A stretch of 64,000 nt of DNA from Piromyces finnis finn. Its lineage: Eukaryota; Fungi; Neocallimastigomycota. The notes under the pieces were generated by a model that had not been told where the DNA came from, ran no database searches, and saw nothing but the letters and a program-made list of their open reading frames with translations. The stretch covers positions 744,001-808,000 of the forward strand of contig MCFH01000003.1 in NCBI GenBank assembly GCA_002104945.1. The letters run 5' to 3'. A program made the position numbers and the translations under genes. Each line of letters opens with the position of its first letter. Position 1 is the first letter of the stretch. Shown piece by piece: positions 1 through 13,330 of this stretch.

Positions 1-1
1 A

Positions 2-97
2 ATATATGCCTATGAGTATGATCATTTTGATGTTTGTACGTATTTTATGAATAGTGGATGTGACATCAAGCTAAGAGATAAAATAATAAAAAAATAA
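2..97 (+). CDS. Possible 3' fragment of an ankyrin-repeat protein, truncated by the window edge
   Basis: Frame 2 reads IYAYEYDHFDVCTYFMNSGCDIKLRDKIIKK*. This resembles the second half of an ankyrin repeat (A..xGH.DIV.YL...G.DIN.KD). Only one partial repeat is visible. Confidence 0.35.
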   Translation: MYAYEYDHFDVCTYFMNSGCDIKLRDKIIKK

Positions 98-1446
98 TAC
101 AAGAAAATATTTTAAAAATATATAGTATAAAATATAATAAAAAAATGGAAAATATTAAAATAGTGACTTAGAATAAAATTAAAAGTTAATTATGATAAAT
201 CTTAAGATTTATTATATTTATTTTCCTAAAGAAATTGATGAATTTTGTTAATCCACTGATGTTATATGTTATTAAAATTGAAAGGGTTACGTTACATTTT
301 ATATAAGATAATTAAGTTTGAAGAAATTAATTATCAATAATATCATATTAATGTTTACGATTATTATAAATGTTTCACGGATATAATAAAGGAAAAAAAA
401 CATATTATTTGACTGAAACTTTATCTTACTTAACATTTCAATATTAATGTGTTTTATATTCTATTTAATATATAAAATGTTTAATATTTGTACAAACATT
501 ACACATTATCATAATTTGATGATACACATAATAATGAAAAAAAAAAGTATTGATCAGATGGTTGTAATATTGTAATACTTTTTTATTATAAAACTTTAAA
601 TAATACACTAATGATAGTAAATAAAAATAAATTTGGTATAATTGTATTGAATAAGCTTCATTAATTCAAATTAGATAATTAATCTTTTATAATTTTGATA
701 TTTTATAATAGTTTATAAATATTAAATTAAAATAATTAAAAAAAGCTTGATTAATATATATATTTTTCTTAAAAAAAATATTATACTATTTAAATTTATA
801 AAAAAAATATTCAACTTAATAATATTAAATTACAAGAAGTATTTTCATTATTAAAACATTAAATAACCTATTGAAATTTTAATATTATAATGATAGATTC
901 AAAATAGTCAAAGTCTATTTTTTTTTTTTTTTACAATGTATTCATTCTTGTTATTTTAATTTATTGATGTTTTAATTGGTATTTAATCCTTGAATACATT
1001 TCATTATAAAAAAGTTAAAGTATTAAAATATTATACTATTTTCAAAACTATAATAAACTATTTTATGTAATTAATTCACATTAATTATTAAATTGTACCC
1101 TAAATTTAATTAATAATAATAAACACATTATTAATTTAAATTTTTATTTTTTTTTTTTTAAAAAAAAAAGAATATTTCTTTTTAATGATTCATTAAATAT
1201 TAATTATAATTGAAAATGTCTTATACCCTAAAATAATTATATTAATTAATTAACAATAAAAATCATAATTAAGAAAAAGAAGATTAAAATAAATAAATGA
1301 TACATTAAAAAAATAAATATTTAATACTTTAATTTTAAAAAGTTTTTTCTTTTCTTTTTCTTTTTTTTTTTTTTAAATTTTATTTTCATTTCAATTGAAA
1401 ATTATATATTAAATAAAATATATTGAATAAATACTCAAAAACAAAA

Positions 1447-2023
1447 ATGGCTACAATTAGAATTCATGTTATTGGTGGTGATGGTATTGAAATTGGTAAG
1501 AATAGCTTTATAAAAGAAGATATACATTTAATGATATGAATAATATGAATAGTATTATAATAATATTAATAAAAATTTTAAATATAAAAAAAAATTTGTA
1601 ATTAATAGTTGTTACCATGAACAGAGCCTTACCATTAAAACAATTAATGGATATTTATATAGAAAAGACTGGAAATGTAGGATCAATTAAAAAAAAAATA
1701 AAAATTAAATTATAATCCTAATGAAATAATAAATTAAACATTTTTTACATTTATATTATTTATATTTTTAAAAATAAAAAGGATAAGGGAAAAACAAGAT
1801 TTTTATTTGAAGGACAAAGATTATCTCCAAAACAAACACCCAATGAAGTAAATAATTCTTTTTAATAACATTCAATAATATTCTATTTAATTGAAAAAAA
1901 TAAATATTAATATTAACCTATTTTATATTATTTTATTATAAAAATTTTTTTATTTATAAAAAGTTGGGTATGGAAGATGATGAAACAATTAGCGTTGTTG
2001 TTGAACAAAGTGGTGGTCATTAA
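1447..2023 (+). CDS. SMT3: Divergent SUMO-like ubiquitin-fold modifier (80 aa, 4 exons: 1447-1495, 1609-1676, 1782-1847, 1964-2023)
   Basis: Splicing three GT-AG introns in frame gives MATIRIHVIGGDGIEIVVTMNRALPLKQLMDIYIEKTGNDKGKTRFLFEGQRLSPKQTPNELGMEDDETISVVVEQSGGH*. SUMO signatures are RFLFEGQR, TPxELGMEDDETI and C-terminal EQxGG followed by a 1-residue propeptide. The ORF track misses it. Confidence 0.9.
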
Positions 2024-3550
2024 AAAAATATAATACAGAAAACCTACTCTATCAATATATTATTTATAATGATATTATAAATCATAAATCAAAAGTAACA
2101 ACATGAAATTTTCTTTATATGTAAAGAAAATCAGCATTCCTATCATCATCATAATTTATTTAAAAAAAAAAAAAAAGTTAAATAAGAAGAATAATTTACA
2201 TTATTAAATTATAGATATATTTATAATTGTTAATAATATAAATTAAACTTCATTTTTGAACTGTCTTTTTAAATACAAAAAAAAAAAAAAAAAAGAACAT
2301 TTATAATCATACTCTATACATAAATAATATTATAGAATTTATTATTTATTTTTACATTCAATTAATATTTATATGTAAAAGTAACTTTAATTAAAAAAAA
2401 GAAGTTAACTTTTACATAATATTGTATATGTTATAATAAATTATTATTTATTATATATATATTTAAAAAAATAATAGAAAATAAAAAGAAATAATTTCTA
2501 ATTCATAATTTAAAAAGTTTTTTCTTTTTTTTATGATACATTTTTTGTTTTTTATTAAACAAAAGATATTAAAATTTTTATTTTATCGTAAAAAGCAATA
2601 TTTTTTTTAAATAAAACTAGGGATTAATGATAGTTTTGTTAAAAAGTTTATAATATGTTTATTGATTTGGGAAACTAAATAATATTTTATATATTGAAAA
2701 AAAGATAAATATAGAAGATTTTGATTGTGAAAAGTAAAATATAAATAATTTAGAGTTATATCATTAAATGACAAGAAAATTAATAAGCTGCTTGTTTTGA
2801 ATACGATATATTAGGTGCTATGTATGAGTTTTTAAGTTTATCATAATAGGATTAAGATTATGAATAAATTTTTAAACAATATAAATAATAATAATATTTA
2901 TATTATTAGTCATTTTAACTATAATAATTTAGTAGCATAGTTTTTAATATAAAAAAAAAAGATAATAAATATTATTATTATATATTGATATATAATAAAG
3001 TATATATTAAGTATTGAATATACAAAGCAGAAAAAAAAATTAAAATGATTTGAAGTATAAATGAGAAAAATATCTATTACCATCAAGTAATAAGTAATAC
3101 TTCTTTTATCGTAAATATATACCAATTAAAATAATTCTATGTAATATGAAAAAGTGAGTGATAAACAAAAAAAAAGTTGTAAATTCATATCATTTTTCAA
3201 AGAAATATAGTACGAAAGTAATTAAATGTCAAAAAAAAAAAAAAAAGCTTTTTTTTCCTCTTTATTATAAATTAATTATTAAACCCTTTTATTATAAATT
3301 TTAAAGATAAATGAAATTAAAGTGTATTTATTAATATTTATATTAACGCAAAAAACATTACAATAAAATAGATATATCTTTTTTTTTTTTTTTTTATTAA
3401 AATTAAAATTTATTTAGTTTATCTATACTAATATATAAATATTATTCTTTAACTCTATTTAACTATTCTATTATAAAATGTGATAATATATATATAAATG
3501 GAATTTTTGAATTGAAGAAAAAAAAAACTCTTTGTTAAAAAAAAATAAAT

Positions 3551-4861
3551 TTAATAATGACGTTTCATATAAGACATATTATTGAGATTATAATGATTCT
3601 AAAAAAAAAACAAAATATAAAAAATTATTTTTATTAAAATGAAAAATTAAAATGAATATAATTATTTTATTATATATATACCTTGGCTTGAATCATTAAT
3701 CTTTTTTCATATTCCATTCTATCCTGTTGGCATAAGATATAGGCTGAATGCTGTAAGATATGATTATACATATCAAATTATTTTATTATTATTATTATAT
3801 TTATTAAATCATGTATTTAAATTAAAAAAAAAAGTAGATAAATATCAAATTATAAAGTTAAATAATAGTTTAATCCTTACTTGTGCTGGACTATCAAGGT
3901 TTGGTTCATTTAATAAAGATTGAATACCTATTAAAATATCTCTAATAGATATAGATGGTTTCCAATCCTATTTATAAATATAATTATTATATATTATAGT
4001 TAAAATTTAATACTTTGATTCAATGTCGATAACTATTTCAAAAAAATTTTTTTTACCTCATATTCATTTAATATTGATAAACAGACATCACCTATAATTA
4101 TGAAAGTATTATTTTTTTTTAATTAAAAAGTATTATTTATACATATATAATATTTAATATTTTACCTGATAAATAAATATTTGGATGGCTATATTAATAT
4201 CATATTTATTATTAAATATATTTATATATTATGTTAATAAATGCGCTTTTTTTTTTTTTGTTATAATATTATTTATATAAATATAAATGATGAATGCTTC
4301 ATACAAAACTGGTGGATTAAAAGTACACTTTGGTGGTTTTAATGGGTAATCTAATAATAATAAATGAGTAATAATACAATTATTTAATACAAAAATAGAT
4401 ATATTAAAAATAATGATATAATTAAATTTTTATTTAAAATATATAGATTGTTTTTTTTTTTTTAATAAAAGTACCTTTTGAAAATTTTAAATTTAATTTA
4501 TATATACCACCGTCCCATGAAGTACCTCTATAAAATATATAAGATAATATGAAGATGAGAAAATAACATAATAATAAACAAAACTAATCTATCTTTGAAT
4601 TTATGATTTTTTTCTACCTTACACCTGGAATGTAGGCTTCCCAATTTAATATATCATAATTACCATCATGTGTTTTTAATGGACCTACTTTAAATCCAGG
4701 GATAGAATCTTTTTTTTTTTTTTATAAATAATAATGAAAATGGGTATATTAATTTTATTTTATTTTCTTTTAAAGATTATACATTTATATTTATAATGGA
4801 TCATACCCTTTTTTAGTTGATTTCTTTCTTCAATTAATCTTGATACACAAAGATTAGACAT
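3551..4861 (-). CDS. UBC9: SUMO-conjugating enzyme E2, divergent Ubc9 family (9 exons)
   Basis: The spliced product is [153 protein letters not shown], plus a probable last exon [15 protein letters not shown]. It is colinear with Ubc9: W41, W53, HPN83-85, Y87, catalytic C93, W103, SPAQ127-130 and Y134 all fall at Ubc9 numbering, and both Ubc9-specific insertions are present. The last exon (3598-3551) is less certain. Confidence 0.92.
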
Positions 4862-5946
4862 TTTAAATGACTTTATTATTTTTTTAAAAAAATATAAAAC
4901 TAATAAAAATAATTTTTTTCTTTTTAAATTTTATTTTATTATTAATAAAATGAAAAAAAAATAACGAAAATTAGAATTTGAAAATAGATATATATATAAA
5001 TTATAATAAGAGAAATATAATAATTTAATATTAATTATTAATTTGAAATGAAAAGCTTTGGTATATTCCATAATTATTATAATATAAACTGTATGGTTTA
5101 TTCATCATTAATTTATATTTTAAATTATATAAATTATAAAGATCACGATACTTTGATTATGAGAATCTTTTATATTAAATTTTTGTTATTATTTTTCTTT
5201 CCTTTTTTTTTTTTAATTTTGTTAATCTTTTTTAATAGCATTTCATATACAATTGAATTACATATAACGTTTATCAATTAAAATGAAGTTTTTTATAATT
5301 CAATAATAATAATAATACTTTAATTAAAAATCATCTTTTTTTTTTTTTTTTTTGGGAAACTTTAAATATTTAAATTTATGTATTAAAATTTATATTAAAT
5401 ATTAAATTTAATTTGAAAAAACTAACCATAAAGAAAAATTGTCTCCCTAAACTTTTTACATAACAGAAAAAAAAAGTATACTTTTAATAAAGTTCAATAG
5501 ATAAAAACCTGTGTCTTACACTTTGTAATTTAAAGACAATGAATACTTTTAATTATTGAAAAAATTCATTTTCACTATACATTTCTTTTACATTATTGTA
5601 AAAATAAGATTTTATATATTTCTTTATAATTTTTTTTTCTTTTTTTCCAAATAATACAATAATTACATAATAAAGAATTTAGAACTACAAAAAAAAAAAA
5701 AAAAAAAAAAAGAATTCAATTGTAATTATACTTATTTTTATTTATTTTATTTATAATATTTAAATATAATACACTTATTTATATAACACTTTTATATTTT
5801 TTATATAATAAAAAAGATAAACAATCTAATCTAATATTTATATTATTTATATTATTTATAATTATATATACATTATTTTAAATAATACAAAATACCACAA
5901 TAATCAAAAATTTAAAGTTAATAAATAAAAGAAAAAAAAAATAAAA

Positions 5947-8821
5947 ATGGAAAAAAAAATAGAAAGAGCCATTATTAAATTGAAAAAACAAAGATTCTTG
6001 AATAAAAATAGGATTATCGATGAATGTAATTAATATATTTCTTTTTTTCTTTCTCTCTCTCTCTTAATATAGATATATAGGAGTAAAGATATTTTTTTAT
6101 TTAAAAAAAAAAAAAGAAGAAATAACAAATTACTTCAATTATATTGACTTTTAACATTTTCAATAGAAATATTAAATATAAATTTTATTTATATGTATAT
6201 ATGTATTATATATATATATATATTTTTTTACAATGAATCATTATAAAAAAAAACATTATATTAGTATTTAAAGAAATTAATGATAATGGAATTTTAGAAA
6301 CCTCCTGTGTTTTATCTTTAAAATGTCCTGTAAGTCCCATAGTTTTTTGATTAATTATTTTTTTTTAATATTAATATAAATAAATATATTTATTTCGTTA
6401 AATTAATTATATATATACAATATTTATATAATGAATAATAAAATAACATAAAATAACCAATTAATAATACTAATGCTAAAAAAAAAAAGGTTTCAAGAAC
6501 AAGAATAAAGACACCGATTAGATTTCATCAATGTAAACATGCTCAATGCTTTGATGCTGATTCATTCTTTCAACTCACTTATAACTCAGTTATAAAAAAA
6601 TGTCCAATATGTAATTTACAAGGAAATTATAATTCACTTATTGTAGATGGTTTATTCTACGAAATTTTAAAACATACATCTAATGATATTGAAAATGTAA
6701 TACTTTATTCAGATGGAAATTGGAAAATTAAAAAAGAAAATAGTACTACTAATAAAAATAATTGTAGTAGTAGTAATTATTATAATAGAAAAAATCATTC
6801 ATATAAACATGACTCAAACAACAGTATCAACAACAACAACAAAAATTGCTACTGTATAAATAATTCAGATGAAAAGTGTTCTAATATTGAAATAAATTAT
6901 AAAGAGGCATCATCATCATCATCATCATCATCATCTAAAAGATCCAATAATAAGAATATTATATATTCCTATAAAATTATTGGTAAATAATAATATATTT
7001 TATATCCTTATAAATTAATAATATATTTAATACATAAAACGAATGGACAAAAAAGAAAGAAGATTTAAGAGAAGAAGAGAAAAAAAAAACAATTTATCTA
7101 AATTATATTATATTATCTAAATTATATTATATTATATATTTTTTATTATTATAATTATTATATATATAATAATATAATATTTTTTATACTAAAGATGATG
7201 TTGTTTATTCAGAAAATGGTAAAATGAAAAAAAAAACTATTATTTAATACAATATTTTAAAATATATATAGTTTTGTCTTTTTTAAAAAAAAAATAATTA
7301 AAATAACTAATAATTCTCTTTTGTTTCTTTTTTTTTTATTTATTAAAAATTAATATAAATTATTATTTTTTTTTAAAAGAAGAGAATGAAAAAGAAAAAG
7401 AAGAAAATTACAATTATAAACAAAATACTTTATCAACTTCTTCATCATCAGCATCATTAAATTCATCAACTTCTTCCACAAAACAAAATGAAAATTACAT
7501 TGAAGCAACAAAGAAAAAACTTCTTGAAGATTTAAATTTCATAAAAAATGGCTTATGTCAAACTTCCCTTCATAAAGATGTCATTGATATTATTGATAGT
7601 CGACAAAATAATTCTGAAATAGAAAATGAAATAGAAAATGAAATAGAAAATGATGTCTATGATTGTGATATTAATGAAAATATTAATAATGTAAAATTCC
7701 TATTTATAATTTAAAAATTTTATATATGTATATATTATGAATAATAATTAACTCTATTTTTTTTACAATAAATATATATAAATAATTCATATCAACTTTA
7801 TTGTTGATTCTTTTTGATACCTAAATAAAATAAAATAAAAAAAAGATATCAAAAGCTAATAATGATATTTCTGAAAAAATGAAAGTCATTCAAGATATAA
7901 CAAATAATATACAAAGATTATTAAATATATCAAGTAATATTATATTCTTTAAAAATAAAAAAAATAAAAAAAAAAAAAATTTAATTAATTATTAAAATAT
8001 TTTATATTAATAATAAAATCAATAAATCAATTTTTTTTAGTTACTCAATCAGAAGATCAAGAAATTGACATTAATCAAGAGAGTAGTAATATCCAAAATA
8101 ACAATATAAAGTATCATGATAATATAACTAAAGTTAGTATTAATAAAAATAAAAATGAGAATGATCTCTCTTCATATAATCTTAAAATACTATCAGGAAA
8201 GAATGGTAATTTTCCAAAAAAAAAAAAATTATTATAATTCATTAAATCATATAATAAAATTTTTTCATAATTATTCAACATATATATATATTTTTTTTTA
8301 ATGATAATAGATGACTTTTTAAAATCAACAACCTCTTTAGAATTAAAAAACAAAATTGATTCTATTGAAAGTAATAATAATAATCTCATAATTTTAACTC
8401 TATATTATTTTTTAAAAAATTATCTTTATGATATTAATATATTTTTATTTTTAATAAAATAATTTATTTTTATTAATTTTTAATAGAAGAAATTGAAAAT
8501 TCAAAAAGAAAGAAACAATCATTATTAGAAAATAGCGAATATATTTCTTCAAAATATGGAAAAGATTCTAAATTAAATTCAACGACAGCAACAACAAGAT
8601 ATGAAATAAAAAATATCGAAAGTATGAATAGTAAAATAGGAGAAAGTGACAATAGTCTCGCTAGTAGTAGTGGTAGTGGGGGTAGTAGTTCTTTAGAAAA
8701 TGAATATAATTACAGTACAAGTATAAATATTTCTAAACCAATGATTATTCAAATTAAAACAGAAACCATTCCACAAGAAAATAATAAATCCAAAATAGTT
8801 TATCATTATAAAATTGTTTAA
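5947..8821 (+). CDS. SIZ1: Siz/PIAS-type SP-RING (zf-MIZ) SUMO E3 ligase, apparently lacking SAP and PINIT domains
   Basis: Exons 5947-6025, 6265-6329 and 6490-6982 give ...DELFKEINDNGILETSCVLSLKCPVSRTRIKTPIRFHQCKHAQCFDADSFFQLTYNSVIKKCPICNLQGNYNSLIVDGLFYEILKHTSNDIENVILYSDGNWK. This is a canonical SP-RING with C/H/C/C zinc ligands and the VDG-F-IL...DGxW Siz/PIAS tail. A low-complexity S/N/E-rich region follows over several exons, and those internal boundaries are approximate. The symbol means 'SIZ1-like'. Confidence 0.88.
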
Positions 8822-11503
8822 ATAAATAGAAAAATAATACATTACTATCATTACTATTATTATAACATTAATTTATAATTTATAAAAAAATTTTGAATAA
8901 TTTTTTTTTTCTTTTCGATTTTAATTTTCATATCGTTAATATTTTATTCGTTTTTTAATTCAATAAATTTTAATAAGAGGTGATTTTACCTTTTTTAAAA
9001 AAGTTCTTATTTTTTTTTTATTAAATTTATCTTTTTTTTTATATGTTTTACATTTGATTAAATCTTAATTTAATATAAAAAATATATAAAATATGAAAAT
9101 ATTTAAATAACAATATACACATATCATACATTTTTTATTGATTTATATATATATATATTTATTTTTTGTACTAATATTATTTAGAATATTATTAATATTT
9201 GTTTTTATAACTTCTCTCTATTTAAAATATATGAAGAATAAATATATCAATTTATTAGTTTTCAAAATAATAATATATAATAATTAATTAAATAAAAAAA
9301 GATCTATATAACAATACTTACAAAATCTCTAAATTTGGTAATTCAAAGAAACATTCAGATATAGAATTACCAAAAATACTGATAATTATGCTTGAACGAC
9401 AGGCGAATGTTTTAATTATATTTTTTTTTAATAAGACATCAATTTATAACTAAATTTAGAGTATTAGTATTATCATTATTATTGTTTGTAACTAAAATTC
9501 TATATTATTTAAAGTAATTACAAATGTTTTAATTTATCTAAAATTGGAAAGTCAGAAAAATGAAATATTGCTTTTGTAGTATCTTTTATTACTTTATTAT
9601 TAAGATATCTATTAAATAATTATTTATTAGATATAATTTATAACAAATAAATAAATATATATATATATATATATTTTTTTTTTATTAAAAACTATTATTT
9701 TAGTTTTAAAATAAATTTCAACATGATTGTTTTTTATTAATTACATTGATTCGATGCTATCCTCATTACATAAAATGAAACGACTTTTGCCATAATATTC
9801 AACACTATTAATTCTATTTTTACTTAAGAATTCGCTTATACTATCTATCACAATCAGAATTGTAAAATACTGATAATATATTTACAAGAATAAACAATAT
9901 ATTTCATGATTTTTTTTTATAATATATATTATTTTTTTTATGTTTATTAATTAGGATTCATTTTTAATTAAGAATATCCTTTTTTATTTTTTATTTTTTT
10001 ATTATATATTATTTAAAAGTAATATTTTATTTTCTTTTAAAGAATAAAAAAAGTGGTTTATCCTTTCTTTATAAATATTTGTATTCAATACTCTTTAGAC
10101 TTTTTTTTTCAATTTTAATTTATTTTAAAAATCCTAATTAATTAATAAATAATAATAATTAAAGTTTTAAAATTTTTTACAAATAAATTAAAATTTGTTA
10201 AAAAAATAAAATATAAATAAACTGAATGTGAAATTGAAATGTATTACAAAAAACAATTAACTATTTTTCTGTATAAATATATTCTACATTCTACATTCTA
10301 CAAAATCAATAATGTATTTAATGTATTAATTTATTGTACTGTAGTAAACAAATTTAGACTTATAAGCCATAATACATTATTATGCAATCATATACATTAT
10401 TGTTTACATTGTAATACTTTTATTTATTTATCTATTTATACATATAATTTATATTAAAAATCTACTAATACTTGATATTAAAGGAATTTTGGTAATAAAG
10501 ATGACTAGTAATTTATATTTAGAAAACAATAATCATCCTTTTTTTGATTGTTAAGCATTTAATAAAAAAAATAACTTTAAAATATAAAGAATGTTTTTAA
10601 GGCAATTTTAAATAATGATTAAAGTGGTTAAAATAAAAAAAAACGGAGATATTAATTCTATAAATAAACTTTAAATGATAGTAATTTATAAGAAATACTC
10701 TAATTTTTATGGAGTTTATTGATTTTATGAATGAATGAATAAATAAAAAATAAATAAATGCGAGGTAATGATTTTATTTAAAATATATTTTATTTATTAT
10801 TTATTTATAAATATTAATGTAATGAAAATTAAATTGTTCCACTGGGAAATTTTGATGTAACAAAAGAAATATTATTAGAGTTAATAGTGACCCAATGCTA
10901 ATTCATTATATTTCATTCACTTTCATTATATTTCATTATTTCATATTTCATTATTATTATTTCTTTTACTTTTTTTTATTAAAAAATAATTAATTTATGC
11001 TTAATACTAATAAAATTTAATGTTCCTTTTTTTGTATAAATATAAACGATATATCTTTTTTTTTTTTTCTCTCTTTTTTTAAAGAAAAATTACAATTTTT
11101 TATATAATATAAAGAAAAAATATTATTTTGTATATAGTTTCTTTTTTATTTTTTTACTTTAATTCTAAAATTTAAATAACATACTTTATGTATATAAATA
11201 ATAAGTAAAAAAAAGATAAAAAGGCTATAAAATAGAAAAGAAAAATAGTATATATAAAAGAACAAAAAAATTATATATAAAATTGTTAAAATCAAATATT
11301 TTAATACCAAAAAAAATAGTAATATATAATTATAATTATAATTATTTAAATAATGAATTAAATATTACTTTTTTTTTTTTTTAGAAAAAAAGATTAAATA
11401 ATAAAAAGTATAATAAAAAAAAAGTAAAAAACAAATTAAAATAAAAGGAAAAAAAAAAAAAAACACCTTTTGAAAATTAATTATATAATAAAATATATAT
11501 AAT

Positions 11504-13073
11504 ATGGCATTTACTGATACACAAAATAGTATAATTCAATATACCATTGAATATAGTTCAATATTATCTATTATAGGAAGTGGTACAATTATCATATCTA
11601 CATTTTATACTGATAATATATTTGGAAATGATAAATTCTGGAATAGAATTATTTTTTTTATGAGTTTCTGGGATTTATGTGCATCCATTAATATTTTAAT
11701 AGCAAAGTATGATATATATATATATATATATTGAATTTATACGTCATATATGTAAAACAGATATATCAATCTAACCTTGACTTTTTTTTTTAATAATTTT
11801 TATCCATAGTCATAGTGAAAATAGTAAAATTCAAAATGTAATTTTACACTTTTTTTTCATTTGTTCCATATTATGTGCTATGGTAATAGCCATGACTATT
11901 TTTTGTGTTGCTGTATTACGAAAAAAACTCAATGAAATTGAAAAATATGAAAATTTCTTTCATTTCTTCATATGGATAATTAGTTTTATTTTAACTATTC
12001 CATTTTTTTTTCTTGAACAAGAGACTACCAATAAAGCTGAAAGTACTTCTTTAGATTATGTAACTTTTTGGAGTTTCAAAAATGAAAATTATGAAAAATA
12101 TCAATTAATTTTCTTTTTCGGACCTATATGGATTGTTTTCATTATAAATTCAGTCATTTTTATTTCTTTAGAAATTGTTTGTAGAAAAAGAGAAAGTTTA
12201 AAATCTTGTATTGATAAATCAAATCAAAAAGATGATTTTGTTGTAAAAAGAACTTGCTTATATTTATTTATTTTATTTATTACATGGTAGGTTGAATCAT
12301 TTAGAGTGTAAAGATTCTATAACTATTAATATTTATTATATTATATATTTTGTAATAATAATAATAATGATGATGATGATGTATATATATATATATTATA
12401 ATAGGATTTGGGGTACTTTAAATAATATTCAAGATTTCATTGAAAAGGATCATCCAGTTTTCATACTACATTTTCTTTTTGCAGTAAGTATCATATTAAA
12501 AAATTATTATTTTATTTTTATATAAATATATTAATCTTTTTGATTATTAATTATTTTTTTTAACCAACTTTTTTATTTTATTAGTTATTTACGCCATTAC
12601 AAGGTTTTTTAAATTCATTAGTATACTTTTGGTATAATGTTTTAGTTCATATAATTGATTTTCAAATAGCAAAGACAACCTATAATAATGAATTTAATGA
12701 CATTACAATTATTGATAATTGTATTTTGAATGAAGAAAGTGACTATTCCACCTATATTAACCAGAGTAAAGAAAAAAAAATTAATGATAGTTATTTCTCC
12801 TTTCTTGATTCTAAAACAAAAAATAATGATTATACCTTATTAAATGAAAGTTCATTTTCAATAAATCGTCTTGATAAATCTGGAAATTATTATATGTATG
12901 GTTTTCCTGTATTACATTCTTATGACAGTAATGCTATTGATAACATATTAGATAATAATTTACTTGATAGTCAATATTTTTCATATAATGATGAGATACA
13001 AAATTCCATAAATATAACAATAATAAATTCAGAAAAATCATTAAAAAATAATAATGAAAATTGGATCAATTAG
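11504..13073 (+). CDS. 7TM GPCR, Dictyostelium cAMP-receptor-like (CAR/Crl) family, copy 1 (4 exons)
   Basis: Seven hydrophobic segments are present after splicing. Motifs include SILSIIGS (TM1), RIIFFMSFWDL (TM2), IFFFGPIW (TM5), KRTCLYLFILFITWIWG (TM6) and LFTPLQGFLNSLVYFW (TM7). The C-tail is N/S-rich. Confidence 0.85.
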
Positions 13074-13212
13074 GCATATAGAATGTATATTTAACATTTT
13101 AAATAGTCAATTCTATCCATAAAACAATAAATACAATTATTAATCATAGGTTAATGATTATATTTATTATTATTTTAAATCAATCCTATGATTATTATTA
13201 TTATTAATTTAA

Positions 13213-13330
<118 letters not shown>

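Noticed and set aside
2919-5281. ORF-track ORFs 2919-3125 and 5048-5281 as extra members of the SUMO cluster
   Set aside because: They are low-complexity F/I/Y-rich translations typical of AT-rich non-coding DNA, with no recognisable domain or splice support.
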